DNA from: Vicugna vicugna
Taxonomy: Eukaryota
DNA: 64,000 bases
Direction of reading: 5' to 3'
Assembly: GCA_013265495.1 (NCBI GenBank)
Contig: MU058836.1
Location: 806,001 to 870,000 of the forward strand
Shown here: one piece after another, positions 51,883-64,000 of the stretch
How the letters are laid out: every line of letters starts with the position of its first letter
Numbering within the stretch: position 1 is the stretch's first letter
Position numbers and translations under genes: made by a program
Notes under the pieces: model-generated
Told to the model about the DNA's origin: nothing
Seen by the model: only the letters and a program-made list of their open reading frames with translations
Database searches by the model: none

Positions 51883-54421
51883 TTTCCAATGGCTACTTGT
51901 ATAGGCTTTTGATTAATAATCCTGTTTCCATCCCCACGTGCACCTTAACTTTTTGAGTAATTGATGTCTCCACTTCCTGAGCCTTCCAAGGGTCCTGTTC
52001 CTTGAAATTGATCTGCTTAGTGTTCCCCTTCCTCTGATCTAAGTTTGTGGCTGTTTGTCAGTCTGTTTCCCGGTTCTCACTCTCCTTGTTCCGGTAGGTT
52101 TTGCCTTTTCACTTCCTTTACTCTCACCTGAATGGGGTATCAGAAGGAGCATGAAAAAACACTCTTGTTAAACACACTATGCTTAGCCAAAAATCTCTTG
52201 CTCTTTGATTTTAAAAATTAATAATTGTTTACTTAAAAAATCAGTAAATGTGTGTTTCAAGGAAAAAAAAATAAATCCACACCCTACCCATCCAGATATG
52301 ACTATGATTAGCAGTTTGGTGAGCAAATTTTCAGGATTTTTATGCATGTATAAAAATATTAAAATTTATTTTTAAAACACCAATTATCCTTCACACACAG
52401 CTCTGTCAGTTTGTTTTTATCTTCACTCAGCAATGTCCCACAGTCACCCAGGTATGTTGATGCATAGATACACATTTTAAAACACATCATAGTCTTTCCT
52501 AATAGTGGTATTCAATCAGTCCCATTTTGATGGCCATTTAGAGTGTTTCCAGTTTTTCACTATTCCAGAATTTTCATGTGTACCCATAGACATAGTCACT
52601 TATTTCCTTAGGCTCAATTTATAGAAATTGTTTTACTATGTTAACATTATCAACCATTTTCAAATTGTTCCTCCCAAAATTAACATTCCCATCAGCATTT
52701 GCGTTCCCATCAGCAAGGCATGAAGGTTATTACATGCTGCCCAGCATGGAGTATTAGCATCTTACTCTTTTAAACACTGGCACTTACATATATCAGCTTT
52801 GGAGCTAGTCAACCTGGTACGGCAGTTGGCTTGGACTGCCTCCAGCCTCTGAGGGCGTGGAAATTGGATAATATTAGAATGTAATCAGGGGCTTCCACTT
52901 CGCACATATGCAATCAGAGGCCTAGGGAACAGAGGTGACTTGCCCATGTCACACACTGGCAGAGTTGGGACCATGGAACACACTTCCTGGCTCCCAGCCA
53001 AGTCCCAGCCTCCTTCCCTGCTTCAAACCTCACTGCCAGGAACCCCTATAACTTGCCCCCACCCCGAACCCCTTTCCCTCCTGCAGCCAGAAGCATGGAT
53101 CTCGGGGGAGGATGAGAACCTGCATTTTTGGTGCATCTTTTAAGTGCCTCAATCTGCCCCAGACGCTTTGCACATGTGCCCTCAATAATCCTGTGAGGTA
53201 GGTATTATTCACTCCATGATACAGAGGAAGAAATGAATGACTGGAGATGCTGTTCATCAAGTCAGTAATCTGTGCCCAGTCCGGAGGAGCTTTAGCACCA
53301 AAGACCAGAATAGATCTATCTTAGAATGAATATGGAGGGAGAGTGGTATCTGCCCCGCATGGATAAGGGAGATGTTGTCTGGTATGGCTGCAGACATTCT
53401 GATACCTCCTCACCTCACATGTGCTAATTGAGGCATAAGAGTCAAACCCAGCAGCACAAGTATTTCTCAAGACATCGTCTAGCTGTCTCAGGATTTTGTG
53501 TTGCTCGGGGTTGAGCACACGTCGGACCCAGTGCTTGCTGGCGGGGCCCCTGTTCTGGAATGACTGAGTTGTCCAGCACGGCCAGTGTGTAAATGTCAAG
53601 TAAACACCAAATTGAAGAGCAATCTAGCTATTGTGCTGGGGCTGTTTGCTTTAGATATAATAGTGGGCAGGAAAGGAGAGGGAGAGGGAAAAATTTTTGT
53701 CACTTCGTAAGGCAAATCGTGAACGTCGTGAGCCCTCCCCTGGCCAGCTGGAAGGTCACAGAGACCAACGTCAAATAAATAAAGAGCTTGCGCCCCTTGT
53801 TGCAAAAATAAGCATGTCCATTTGCTTGAAAAAGAAAAAGTTTCAGATGAGGGAACATTTTCCAGTCAATCACACTGCAGCAAAGTCACCCTGTTGAATT
53901 TGTGACTCACAGGCTCTCTGTGTCAATAGACGGAGAGTGAGCCCAGCGTTATGACTTCACTGGGAGATGAAGCAGAAGTTGGGATGAGGCAGAGCCGGCT
54001 TTAAAACCAAGCTCTAAGCTCCGACAACAAATAGTGGAGGAAAGTCTGACTACTCACAGGCTAGGTAATTGCATTTGTTGTTTCCTTTTCTTTATTTCTT
54101 GCTTGTCTCCTAGGAAAGAACCGATTTAAAATTTGCCTTCGTTCACCCTTTCCTTGCATCTGCGTTGATGGAGGACGTCATTGTGAGGGCTACTGACGGA
54201 GCATCTCGGGTGCTTGATGCATCTCCTGTCCCCATGGCAATTCTATTAGGTAGTTGGTGATTAGTGTTAGCTACAGATGAGAATATTGAGGCTAGGCACC
54301 TTTGTAAGCTTTTAACAAGGTTCTTTCTGGCTTCAGTTTCAGATTCTGTGCAGTATTCAGCCTTCCATTTTGCTGTCCTACTGTGACAGTGGGGTTGCTC
54401 CGACAAGTAAAAAGTGGTTCC

Positions 54422-55343
54422 CACATGAAAAAATGCTCAGTATCATTAATTATCAGAGAAATGCAAATCAAAACTACAATGGGGTATCACCTCACACCAG
54501 TCAGAATGGCCATCATTCAAAAGTCCACAAACAATAAATGCTGGAGAGGGTGTGGAGAAAAGGGAACCCTCCTACACTGCTGGTAGGAATGAAGTTAGGT
54601 GCAGCCACTGTGGAAAACAGTACGGAGATTCCTTAAAAAACTAAAAATAGATTACCCTATGATCCAGCAATTCCACTCCTGGGCATATATCTGGAGGAAA
54701 CTCTAACTTGAAAAGATACACGCACCCCAGCGTTCATAGCAGCACTATTTACAATAGCCAGGACACGGAAGCAACCTAAATGTAATCAGGAGCTTCCACT
54801 TCGCACATATGGAATCAGAGGCCTAGGGAACAGAGGTGGCTTGCCCATGTTACACTAAATGTCCATCGACAGATGACTGGATAAAGAAATACACACACAC
54901 ACACACGAATAATACTTAGCCATAAAAAAGAATAAAATAATGCCATTTGCAGCAACATGGATGGACCTGGAGATCATCATTCTAAGCCAGAAAGAGAAAG
55001 AAAAATACCATAGGTTATCACTTATATGTGGAATCTTAAAAAAAAAAAGACACAAATGAACTTATTTACAAAACAAAAACAGACTCACAGACATAGAAAA
55101 CAAACTTATGGTTATGGGGGGGTAGGAAGGGATAAATTGGGAGTTCGAGATTTGCAGATATATAAAATAAACAACAAGTTTCTACTGGATAGCACAGGGA
55201 GCTATATTCAATATCTTGTAGTAACCTATAATGAAAAAGAATACGAAAACAAATATATGTATGTATATGTATGACTGAAACATTATGACACCAGAAATTG
55301 ACACAACATTGTAAACTGACTATATTTCAGTAAATAAATAAAT
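54422..55343 (+). mobile_element. Young 5'-truncated L1 (ORF2 C-terminus and 3' UTR)
   Basis: [32 protein letters not shown]...[33 protein letters not shown] 54408-54421/55343-55356. Confidence 0.97.
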
Positions 55344-56964
55344 AAAAAGTGGTTCCTGCCTTCAAGGAACTCCAGGACCAGCCAACATACTGTTGTCTGG
55401 TACTCAAGACCACTGGGACCTGATTAGTTGAGGTTGCCTGAAACTAGCAAATATTTAAGAAAACAATGGTACCAGGAGGCTCACTGCTTGTTCTCCAGGG
55501 TGACATCATCTGGGGACATCTCAGGAATGCCCACAGGATAGAAAAACCTCTGCTATCAAGACTCCAGGTGAGCTAAAACTTAGCGCTAAAACGGTTGATC
55601 TGAAAGCAAAGCTTGCAGCCAATCAGCTTTGTTTGGCGCGCTGACCGCAGGCCTGCAGGGGCTTGTTGTTTGCAGCCCCGGAACAGGATGGGCAGAGATG
55701 TGAGCCCTGACCGAGAAGCTGGACGGTCTGGCGTCTCAGTCCGCGCCTGGCTCCGCACATGCATGAGCAGGGGTCAGGGGCTGGCTCTGCACATCGGCCT
55801 CTTCAGCTGTGACATGAAGGAGGGAGGAGAGCAAGTCCCTGGTGGCCCCGAAGTATCAGGATTAACTTGGATTGTTGGGTCCATTCTTGGCTTGTCTGGA
55901 TGACCTCAGCCTAGATACTCTCACATAAAAAAGGGGGAAATAAAACCCCAACAAATCTGCTAGCTCTCAAGGCTGAGATGTTTCTTCTTCTGAACCCTCC
56001 CTGCAACTTTGCCGAAAACTGAGCTGGTAAAGTAACTTTGATCCTTTTTTAAAAAAAATCTGTTGTCTGGCTGGACAAAAGCAGTTCGTAGAGTGGCTTT
56101 GTCTTTGTTTTAATAGGACACTGATCCTTTCTTCTTCTTTCTTTCTGTGGGCGGTATCCTCCCAGTTCTGAGGAGCTGTCAGTGTAGATAATATATTCCC
56201 TGCTTGCCCAAGTCCTCTTCCAGTCCTTACAGGTTTTCTTCTTGAGGTCTGGGAGAATTCTTGAAAGGACATGGTCAATACTCATTAGCTGGGGTATACT
56301 TTTAACACATTTATTTTGGCTCCGTGTTGTTTGTCAAGCCCTCATCGAGCCCCGTGAGTGAGCGCACACTCCATTTACTATTTTGAATTTCTCCCCTTCT
56401 CGTTGGCAAGCATCGTGTTTCTGCTGTAATCTGCCTGGAAAACAAACAGGAGAGTTTACTCTGGTCCCTGTGTCAACCATCTGCCTACTCAGTGATCAAT
56501 ACAGCAGTGTAGGTGCTAGAAGCCCGTGTGTGTGTACGGAGAGAAGTTCATTCATTCGTTCATACAACATATTTAGGGGGTAGGTACCAGCTATGTGTCT
56601 CGCTCAATGCTGGGCATTGATGCAAAGGCCAACAGTGAACAAAGAAAGATGTGAACCTCCCTACAGGGAGCTCACAGTCTACTCCTGGGAGAAAGATTGC
56701 AATCAAATAATCACCAAAAAATAGTAGGAAACTGCTAACTAACACTTATTTTAGGAAAGCTTATTTTATGAGAGCTGGCCTTGTCAGGATGCACAAGAAG
56801 TGCAGTGGGGAGAGGAAAGTCAAGTTCTCCTTGTGGCCTGTGGTCCCCGGTAAATGATTAAGACAAGTATGTATGCCTTTAAATTTCTAAACATAGCACG
56901 GTCTCAATGGTATTTTTAAGTTACTTAATTTTTTAGTTATTTCATACTCTAGGCTAGGGACTCA

Positions 56965-57312
56965 GGGCACAGAGACAAGTGACATTGTCTCTGTGGAATC
57001 TAAAACACAAAACAAAAAGACTCACAGATATAGAGAACATGGAGAAGGGTGTTGGGGGAAATAAGTGAAGGGAATTAAGAGGGACAAATGTCCAGTTATA
57101 AAATAAATAAGCCACAGGGATGCAATATACAGCATAAGGAATATGGTCAATAATGCTGTAATAGCTTTGTATGGGGACAGATGGTTACTAGACTTACCCT
57201 GGTGATCATTTCATAATGTGTGCAAATATCGAATCACTATGTAGCACGCCTGAAACCGACCTGGAACAGACACAATACTGCACGTCCATTATATTTCAAT
57301 AAAGAAAAAAAG
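56965..57312 (+). mobile_element. L1 3' UTR fragment
   Basis: tgtggaatctaaaac...gactcacagatatagagaac...tcgaatcactatgtagcacgcctgaaac...tttcaataaag. Confidence 0.85.
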
Positions 57313-58073
57313 AATTTCAAAAACCCGAGACCTTGCCTGGGACCACCCCTGCAAGAAATTGTAATACAGGGTGCCATGTGTCATAATAGCAAGCTGGGTA
57401 CACAAGGTTGCACGAGCCCAGAGGAGAGAGAGATTGATTCTGCCGGAGGCTGGCCTGGCAGGGCGGGCAGAGGAGGGGTGTCCAGGCAGAACACGGCCTA
57501 GAGGTGGAAGGGTGCAGGGTGTGTAGGGGGACTGCTGTGAAATCCGGGGGGGGGGCCAGTGTAGAGTGTGTACATGGGATTGGAAATCTTTGGGAAAATC
57601 ATCTGGGGACCAAAATTGAGGGGCCCAGTGTCATGATTTTCCTGAAATCAAACAGTCACTTAAGACCCAGAGGTTCAAGTTGTGTTTTCCACCCTTGCAG
57701 TGATTGTAGAACTATGTGAAAACCTTTTTTGGCATAGATACATTCCAGTAGTCACAGTAGGATCAATATTTCTGTTTATATCCACTTTTTATTTTTATTT
57801 ACTTTTTCAGGATGAAAAAAATAAATTTTCAACTGATACTATTTCTTTAAAAAATGTTTTTCTTTATTCCTTTGATAGCTATGTAAGTTTAAAAAGCTAA
57901 AGAACTAATCTGTTCTTAGAAATGATAATTGGTACATATATGAAAACTTTAAAAATGTGCAGTGTACTGTTTACATGTATTTACATGCAATATAATGTGT
58001 ATGTGCAGTCGAACTGTAATAATTCTACATAATAAAACTGAAAAAAATTAAATAAGTAAACGTAAGGAAAAAA

Positions 58074-58249
58074 AATTTTGGTGGGGGCAGGTAATTTGGT
58101 CGATCGGTTGGTTGGTTTATTCATTCAATTATGTATTTATTTGTTTGTTTATTTATTTATTTGTTTGTTTAACGGAGGTACTAGGGATTGAGCCCAAGAC
58201 CTCGTGGATTCTAGGCTCGCATTCTACCACTGAGCTATATACCCTCCCC
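58074..58249 (-). mobile_element. Vic-1-like SINE (long 3' type)
   Basis: ggaggtactagggattgagcccaagacctcgtg...ctaccactgagctatataccctcccc. Confidence 0.9.
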
Positions 58250-60991
58250 TCTAAATCCACTCATTTTAAAAAACATTTTAAAACTTTAAAATAAACTTAA
58301 TAACAATATTGTAATATCACAGTTTGGATGGTCTAGCTCAAGGTTTTATAACACGCATATAATAAATACATGATGGTTAAAACAATAAATGCTTCTCCAG
58401 ATGTCATGTAAAATCGTCCTGAGGGCCCATTGGGGCTGATTGTATTATTCCATTTTGATGAAAATCATTCTACCACGACTCTAGGGCAATTGAGATGTTA
58501 AAAACCAAAAGTTTGTTTACTTTTTTCTATTGCTCATATTTACATTTAAGTGACTGAGCAGAATCTTGTTTAAACTGCTGATTCCTGTGACCAGCAGGTA
58601 AGGGCCACTGCCTCCTTTGGAAGAAACCTACGGGCTTGGATTCTCTTTTCCATCTTACTTTTTCTCATTTCTATGATTCTAAGAAGTATGTATTATGCAG
58701 CTAATGACAATTGCCCAGGTACCTCCTCTTGTCTTCCCTGGGTCAGTTGCCTGTTTAAAACATACAGTGTTTTGGTTTTTTTTCCTGCCCATAAGCACTT
58801 GTAAGTAAAAGGAAGGCAGTTTACAGTATTAAGCATCTTGCCTCTGAACTAATCCTCAAAGCAACCCTGAAACAGTGGTTAAAGCCTTATTTTACAGATG
58901 AAGGAACTGGGGTTCAGATGGATCTGAGTAACTGTCCGTCTCAGGGCTGTGTGGCCATCCAGAGCTAGGCTCTGAACCCAGGATGGTCTAGAGATACGGA
59001 GCCTGGAACCCTTCTCTCTGGTTTCTAAATTCACTTGGAAGGCCTTTGTTCCTTACTCACTTAATAGATAACTTGCCGAGTGCCAGGTATGTACAGAGCG
59101 CCCTGCTAATATGAAGGGGGATGCAGAGACTATGAATGACATATGCTGTGTTCCGGGGTAGGGGCAGGGGGGTCAGAATTACAAACGATTATATTTTTAA
59201 CAATTACATTTGATTAACTCTAAGTTAAAAAATTGACTTTGTATTATTTACCACATGGTAAAAGATTCAATATTTCATGCAAACCCTAAGATTAAAGATT
59301 AAAAGCAAAACCTTTTCCTAAATACTGAATCTGTTCTGCAGATGAAATCGTCATAGCTCTTTATTATTTTTCCTTTTCCCTTTACTGGGCCACTCTACAG
59401 ACTTTGAAGTGACTCACGGAGAACGATACGTTTTCTTTTCCTTTGTACGTTAGTAATATAGAAATAGAAAACCAAGTCTGGGAAAAAAAAGGAAGCCAGC
59501 ACGCAATAGAGTTGCTAAGACTGAACATCAGATCTGCGTCTCGGCTTCCTGGCAACCAAGAACAAAAAGGGAACACGCTGGATTCCACAGCTCTCATTAT
59601 CACAGAGGAAGAAGCCCATTGTTATTTTGAGTCCTCAAGCCTCAAGCTCTCTTCTCACCTGGAAGCCCGCAGAGGCACATCGATAGACACAATAATTAAT
59701 GTTTTTGGCAACAGCAGGACCGCAAATGCCCGTTTTTGTCTGCCATTTCTTGCGAAGGCCTTTAATTATGGTTAAGGGCTTCACATGGATGAGGACGTCA
59801 GTGAGGGCTTGACTCACCTGGTTTAACATTCGACTGTAACACAAGCAGAACGGAGTTGAGGGCTAGTTAGGGCTCCAGGTGAAGGACCGCGGGAGCTCAG
59901 AGGACCGTGCAATTATTTGCAAGTTGGATGATGGAGAAAGCCTCCACCGAGGGGACGATCTTTGCACTGGGCTTGCGGAGCGGGAGTCAGTGGGCAGAGG
60001 AGGGGGTCAAAGGGAAGAGACGTCCATGTTTAGGGAGCAAGTGTAAAGGCACAGACAGATGAAACCGCTTGGCCTGTTTGGAGCATGTCAAATCGTGGGA
60101 GGTGAAGAGACAGAGATTCTAAGAAGACTTCCATTAAACAGGCTGGATTTGCCGCTTGGGCTTTTTCTCGCTCTTCCGACACAACTTTCTGTTGAGTTAG
60201 GCAAAAATGAATGAGAATCAGATGGACCACATTTCTCTCGAATACACTCGGGCTTAAAAAATGAAGGGGGAAGAGAACTTGACAGAATGCGTCTTGGGTT
60301 TTGCCAAACCCGAAGTGTTTGAAGCATCACACAAGACACATCTCGAACCCAAACACATGCCTGGACTCTCCCACTCCTAATTGCAGCTGCAGCCGGTTAA
60401 TGAGATGAATTGTGTACAAGAGAATGAGGTCTGATGGAGGAGCCTTGTGAAAGAGGATGACTGATGTAGGGCATGGACTAGTCTGCCCTTGAGAATCTGC
60501 ACGTCTCGCTGCCCTCGTGGACAAAGAGAGGGGCCAACACGGAGTCTCCAAGCAAGCTATTGATCCTGCCCCATTGCAGAACAATGAAAAGCCGTATTAC
60601 TTAACTTTATTGTATCCCGTGTGGAAAGAATTCAGCATCTCTTGTTTTCCTCCCTCTCTGTCGCTCAGTTTTACATTTCAGAGGGTAAAAATGGAAAGAA
60701 ATATGTTTTGCATTAGTCTGTCTTCACACTAGTGGAGACCAAATGAGAGAAGGTGGAACTAGAGGAACGAGATCATGAGCATCTATTTATTAAGTTTCAA
60801 AACTCCTGCCTTGAGGGTCATGGACATTTGAAAAGCAGAAGGAATCAATTAGGAAGGGGGTTAACGGGATTGTTCGTGGTCCACGGTTGGTCAGTTGTAG
60901 GTTTGAGACTCCAGGCTACACCTCTTGTTTTCATAGCCCACACATTTTTTTCTCAGGCTCGGATCTGAGGATAAAAGTGAATTCTCACATA

Positions 60992-61092
60992 TCTTCCTCC
61001 CTCTCTCCCTTCCCTCCTGCCTCCTTTCCTCTCTCCCTCCCTCTCTTCTCCCCTCCCTCCACCCCTCTCTTCTTGCCTTCCTTTCTTTCTTC
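60992..61092 (+). repeat. Polypyrimidine low-complexity tract
   Basis: About 100 nt almost entirely C/T. Confidence 0.85.
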
Positions 61093-62099
61093 AAAACAGA
61101 CTTTTCTGAGAGCTCAGTGGAGGCAGTGGGACCCAGAGAGAGTTAAGGATCTACTCAACCTCAGTCAGGAAAGCCTGCCATGTAATTCCGTTTAATTGAC
61201 AGGGTTTAGAAATCAAAAAAGAAGCAGCGACCAGAATGGGGCGCAGCAGGGGTGGGGATAGGAGACGTGAGGAGGAAAGCTTCACAGAATAAGAAGCGTT
61301 GGAATGGTTGTTAGAGCCTGGAGATAATTTGCTGAATGGACCTGGAGGAACTGGGGGCAAGGCTGGAGAAGCAAAACGGGTGTAGTTCGATGGGTGAGCT
61401 GTCAGGCTCTGTGACACTGAGGATCAGTGCGGCTGGGGCTGGATCTGCCAAGGGGATGGGGTTGTGTTGGCCGCGGTTGAAGGAGGAGTGGGCAGGGGTC
61501 TGATCCCAAAGGGTCTTGTACCGTGAGAAGGTAGGGTGGTGGGCTTAATGGTGTGGTCATGCCCACAGCTGCTCCGAGTCTCACCATCTGAAATTCTTAG
61601 AGAGGAGGCTGGCTTCTGTTTACATATTTGTGTGTGTGCGCGCGCTTTTGAGTATTTTTAAGATCTTTAATACAACCCAAATGGCACACTTGTTGAGCTG
61701 CACACGTATGATTGGTGCATTTTTCTGTGTGTAGGCTACACTTCCATAACAAAGGGGAAAAAGACATTCTGGGCAGAATCCCTAGCCATCTTTTTAAACT
61801 ACAAGATCTCAGCTCATTAAAACAAAGATGATGGTAAAGTAACTGAAATCCATAGAATTATCTTTCTTGTCCCAGGACTCGGAGAGTGTGAGCCAAAGCA
61901 AACCTTGGCGGAAACCTGTGGGACTAGGAGGCAAATCTTCTTATCCACGCTCTCTACTTGGATGTTCTAGAGCTCCTCCAGTGTCCCCAGTATCTTCCTC
62001 TCAAACTTGCTTGTTCCTCGGTTCTGATCTTGGTAACACTGTCACCTCTGGGTCCCCTTGGCTACATCGTCCCCCTGACTCCCAATCCCAAGTATTTCT

Positions 62100-62285
62100 T
62101 TTCTTTCTTCTTCTTTTTTTAAATTGAAATTTAGTTGACTTACGACATTATATTTGTTACAATACTGTATATTATGTGATGCATAATATTATAATAGCAC
62201 ATTAGCTGTATAACATAGTAATTTGTTATTTTTATTGATGACACTCCATACAAAGTTATTATGAAGCATTGACTATATTTCTGTA
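62100..62285 (-). mobile_element. L1 3' tip fragment
   Basis: tttttaaattgaaatttagttgacttacgacattata...gttattatgaagcattgactatattt. Confidence 0.7.
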
Positions 62286-64000
62286 ATATGTCACTTTCTC
62301 TCCAGCCCTAGGTTTGCTGATCTAGTTTTGGCCCTATTTCTCTCTCTCCACTCTTCCACTTAAAAGAAAAAAAAAACCCAAACTTAATATTCAGTTTATT
62401 CTACCAATTTATATTTTGCTGTATTATCACTTAGCTGAATTATTGCAAGAGCTCCCAAAGTGGCCTCCCTGCCTCCACTTTTAGCCCTTGGAGACCATTT
62501 CCCACACTGCTGCCGAAAGATTATTTAGTGTGAAAATGACCTGCTGCACATCCTTCACTCTCCTACACAGCAGTGCTCAACCCTCATGAGACTGTCTGTT
62601 ACTTGTGCTCCTGTTACTTGAGCCCCATCTCTTGCTGCTTCCAGCCTCCGATTTTACACCCGCCACAATGACAGCCTGTGGCTGCTTTTTGTTGCTCGCT
62701 CGCTTGCTTTTACTTTCTTTTGTTTTTGCCTCTGTGCCTTTGCTTATGCTGTTCCCTCCACAGGAGATGCCCTTCCCACCCATCACTTATTGACCCAAGA
62801 AGGACTCTTCCCAGAAGGGTTCCTTCGGAATCAGCTTTTCATTCCCAGCACCTGGCATGAAGACTGGCACATTGTAGAGGTGCAGTAAGTATTTCCTGGA
62901 TGAGAGCATTCTTGACTCACAATTCAGGCCACGGGGCCCACACACTCATTCACTCACTCACTTATTCATCTCCTGGTCTCCTGTCACCTTCACAGAGAGC
63001 CCACAGGCAGGGTGCCATTCATATGATGCACATGGGTACAGTCCAATTGCTTTTACAATATTCTATCCGTGCTGTCAATACATAGCAACTGTCCTGAGTG
63101 TCCTTCACTACACTGTCCCTTGGTCCTCCCTAGGATCCAGCAACTGACGGGTTAACTCCAGGCACTGTGGGCAACCCCCCCCCCAAGGAATCCACAGCAG
63201 TTCCCCTGCCAGGGGAGTGGATTGTTAGATGCATGGTGAACGCTCACCCCTGCCCACAGGGGAGGTCTCACGAGCCCCATTTTACATACGCAGGCCTGGG
63301 ACGGCCCCGCCAGTGCACCCAAGGGTCTTCCCAGGACACAGTCAAGCCCCCTCCTCCTGCCCCTCCTATTCTGTGTGACGTCAAGTTTCTGGGCTGGCCA
63401 AACCCACTTGAGTTTGGACAGACTCCTCTGTGCACAGAGCGAGGCTCAGGGTAGCCAAGGGTCAGAGGCTTGGGGATAGCCTCCCGAATTTCTCTAAGCT
63501 TAAAATACGACACCAAGCAACGGGGGCCTTTCTCTTCCCCCCTCACACAAATTCTGTGTGTGCGTATGTGTTGCACATTCAAGATCAGCCAAATTAAATT
63601 CAGTTTGACTCATTCAAACAAATGACACTCACATGGAGACCGTGGGGCATTTCTGGCCTGACCGTGTTATTACTTTCCTTAAGTTCTAACTTCCTGTTTC
63701 CCCGTCTCTCACCATCCAAAAAAACTGAGTCCCTTTGCCTCCACCACTGAGGGAGAGTGAGGATGCTGGAGACAGCGCAGAGCCTGGCGTTCATTGCTGT
63801 TCCTGGACATGGGGTCCAAAAGTCTACACGTAAGTAAAAATACACTTCTGTGGTCTCAGCCTGACTCTGCTTAACTTCTGGGGATCTGAAGACTTCATGT
63901 CCATCTTCTCTCTGCCCAACAAAACCCCATTCGCGGTCCTCTCATCCTCCAGAAACCAAGACCTCCTCCTAAGTCCCAATGTTGTTCCCCGGCTGCCAGC

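Overview
Mammalian genomic DNA, not prokaryotic. The abundant young tRNA-derived SINE (GGGGAGGGTATAGCTCAGTGGTAGAG...GGTTCAATCCCCAGTACCTCC) resembles camelid Vic-1, so a camelid origin is inferred. The only protein-coding gene I can support is an intact 5-exon KLF4 on the minus strand: CDS join of 43568-43572, 43338-43458, 41685-42675, 41421-41585 and 40263-40438, giving 485 aa with three C2H2 fingers. It has a CpG-island/TATA promoter near 44.2 kb and a 3' UTR ending near 39.36 kb. The rest is gene desert made of L1, L2, MIR, Vic-1-like SINEs, ERV/MaLR LTRs, DNA transposon fossils, two orphan GC-rich promoter-like islands and motif clusters that may be enhancers. Nearly all listed ORFs are spurious. 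I found no convincing new multi-gene system. The best leads are: (1) KLF4 intron 3, a 99-nt frame-preserving intron encoding a KLF2-like LTPPxSP phosphodegron but carrying an in-frame TAG; (2) a 77-bp locally templated insertion inside a young L1; (3) an intact solo LTR with an octamer and a 24-bp-periodic CCAAT array; (4) an orphan CpG island with tandem splice donors; (5) uORFs and an open exon-3-skip frame in KLF4. Repeat family names and human comparisons come from memory, not from a database search.
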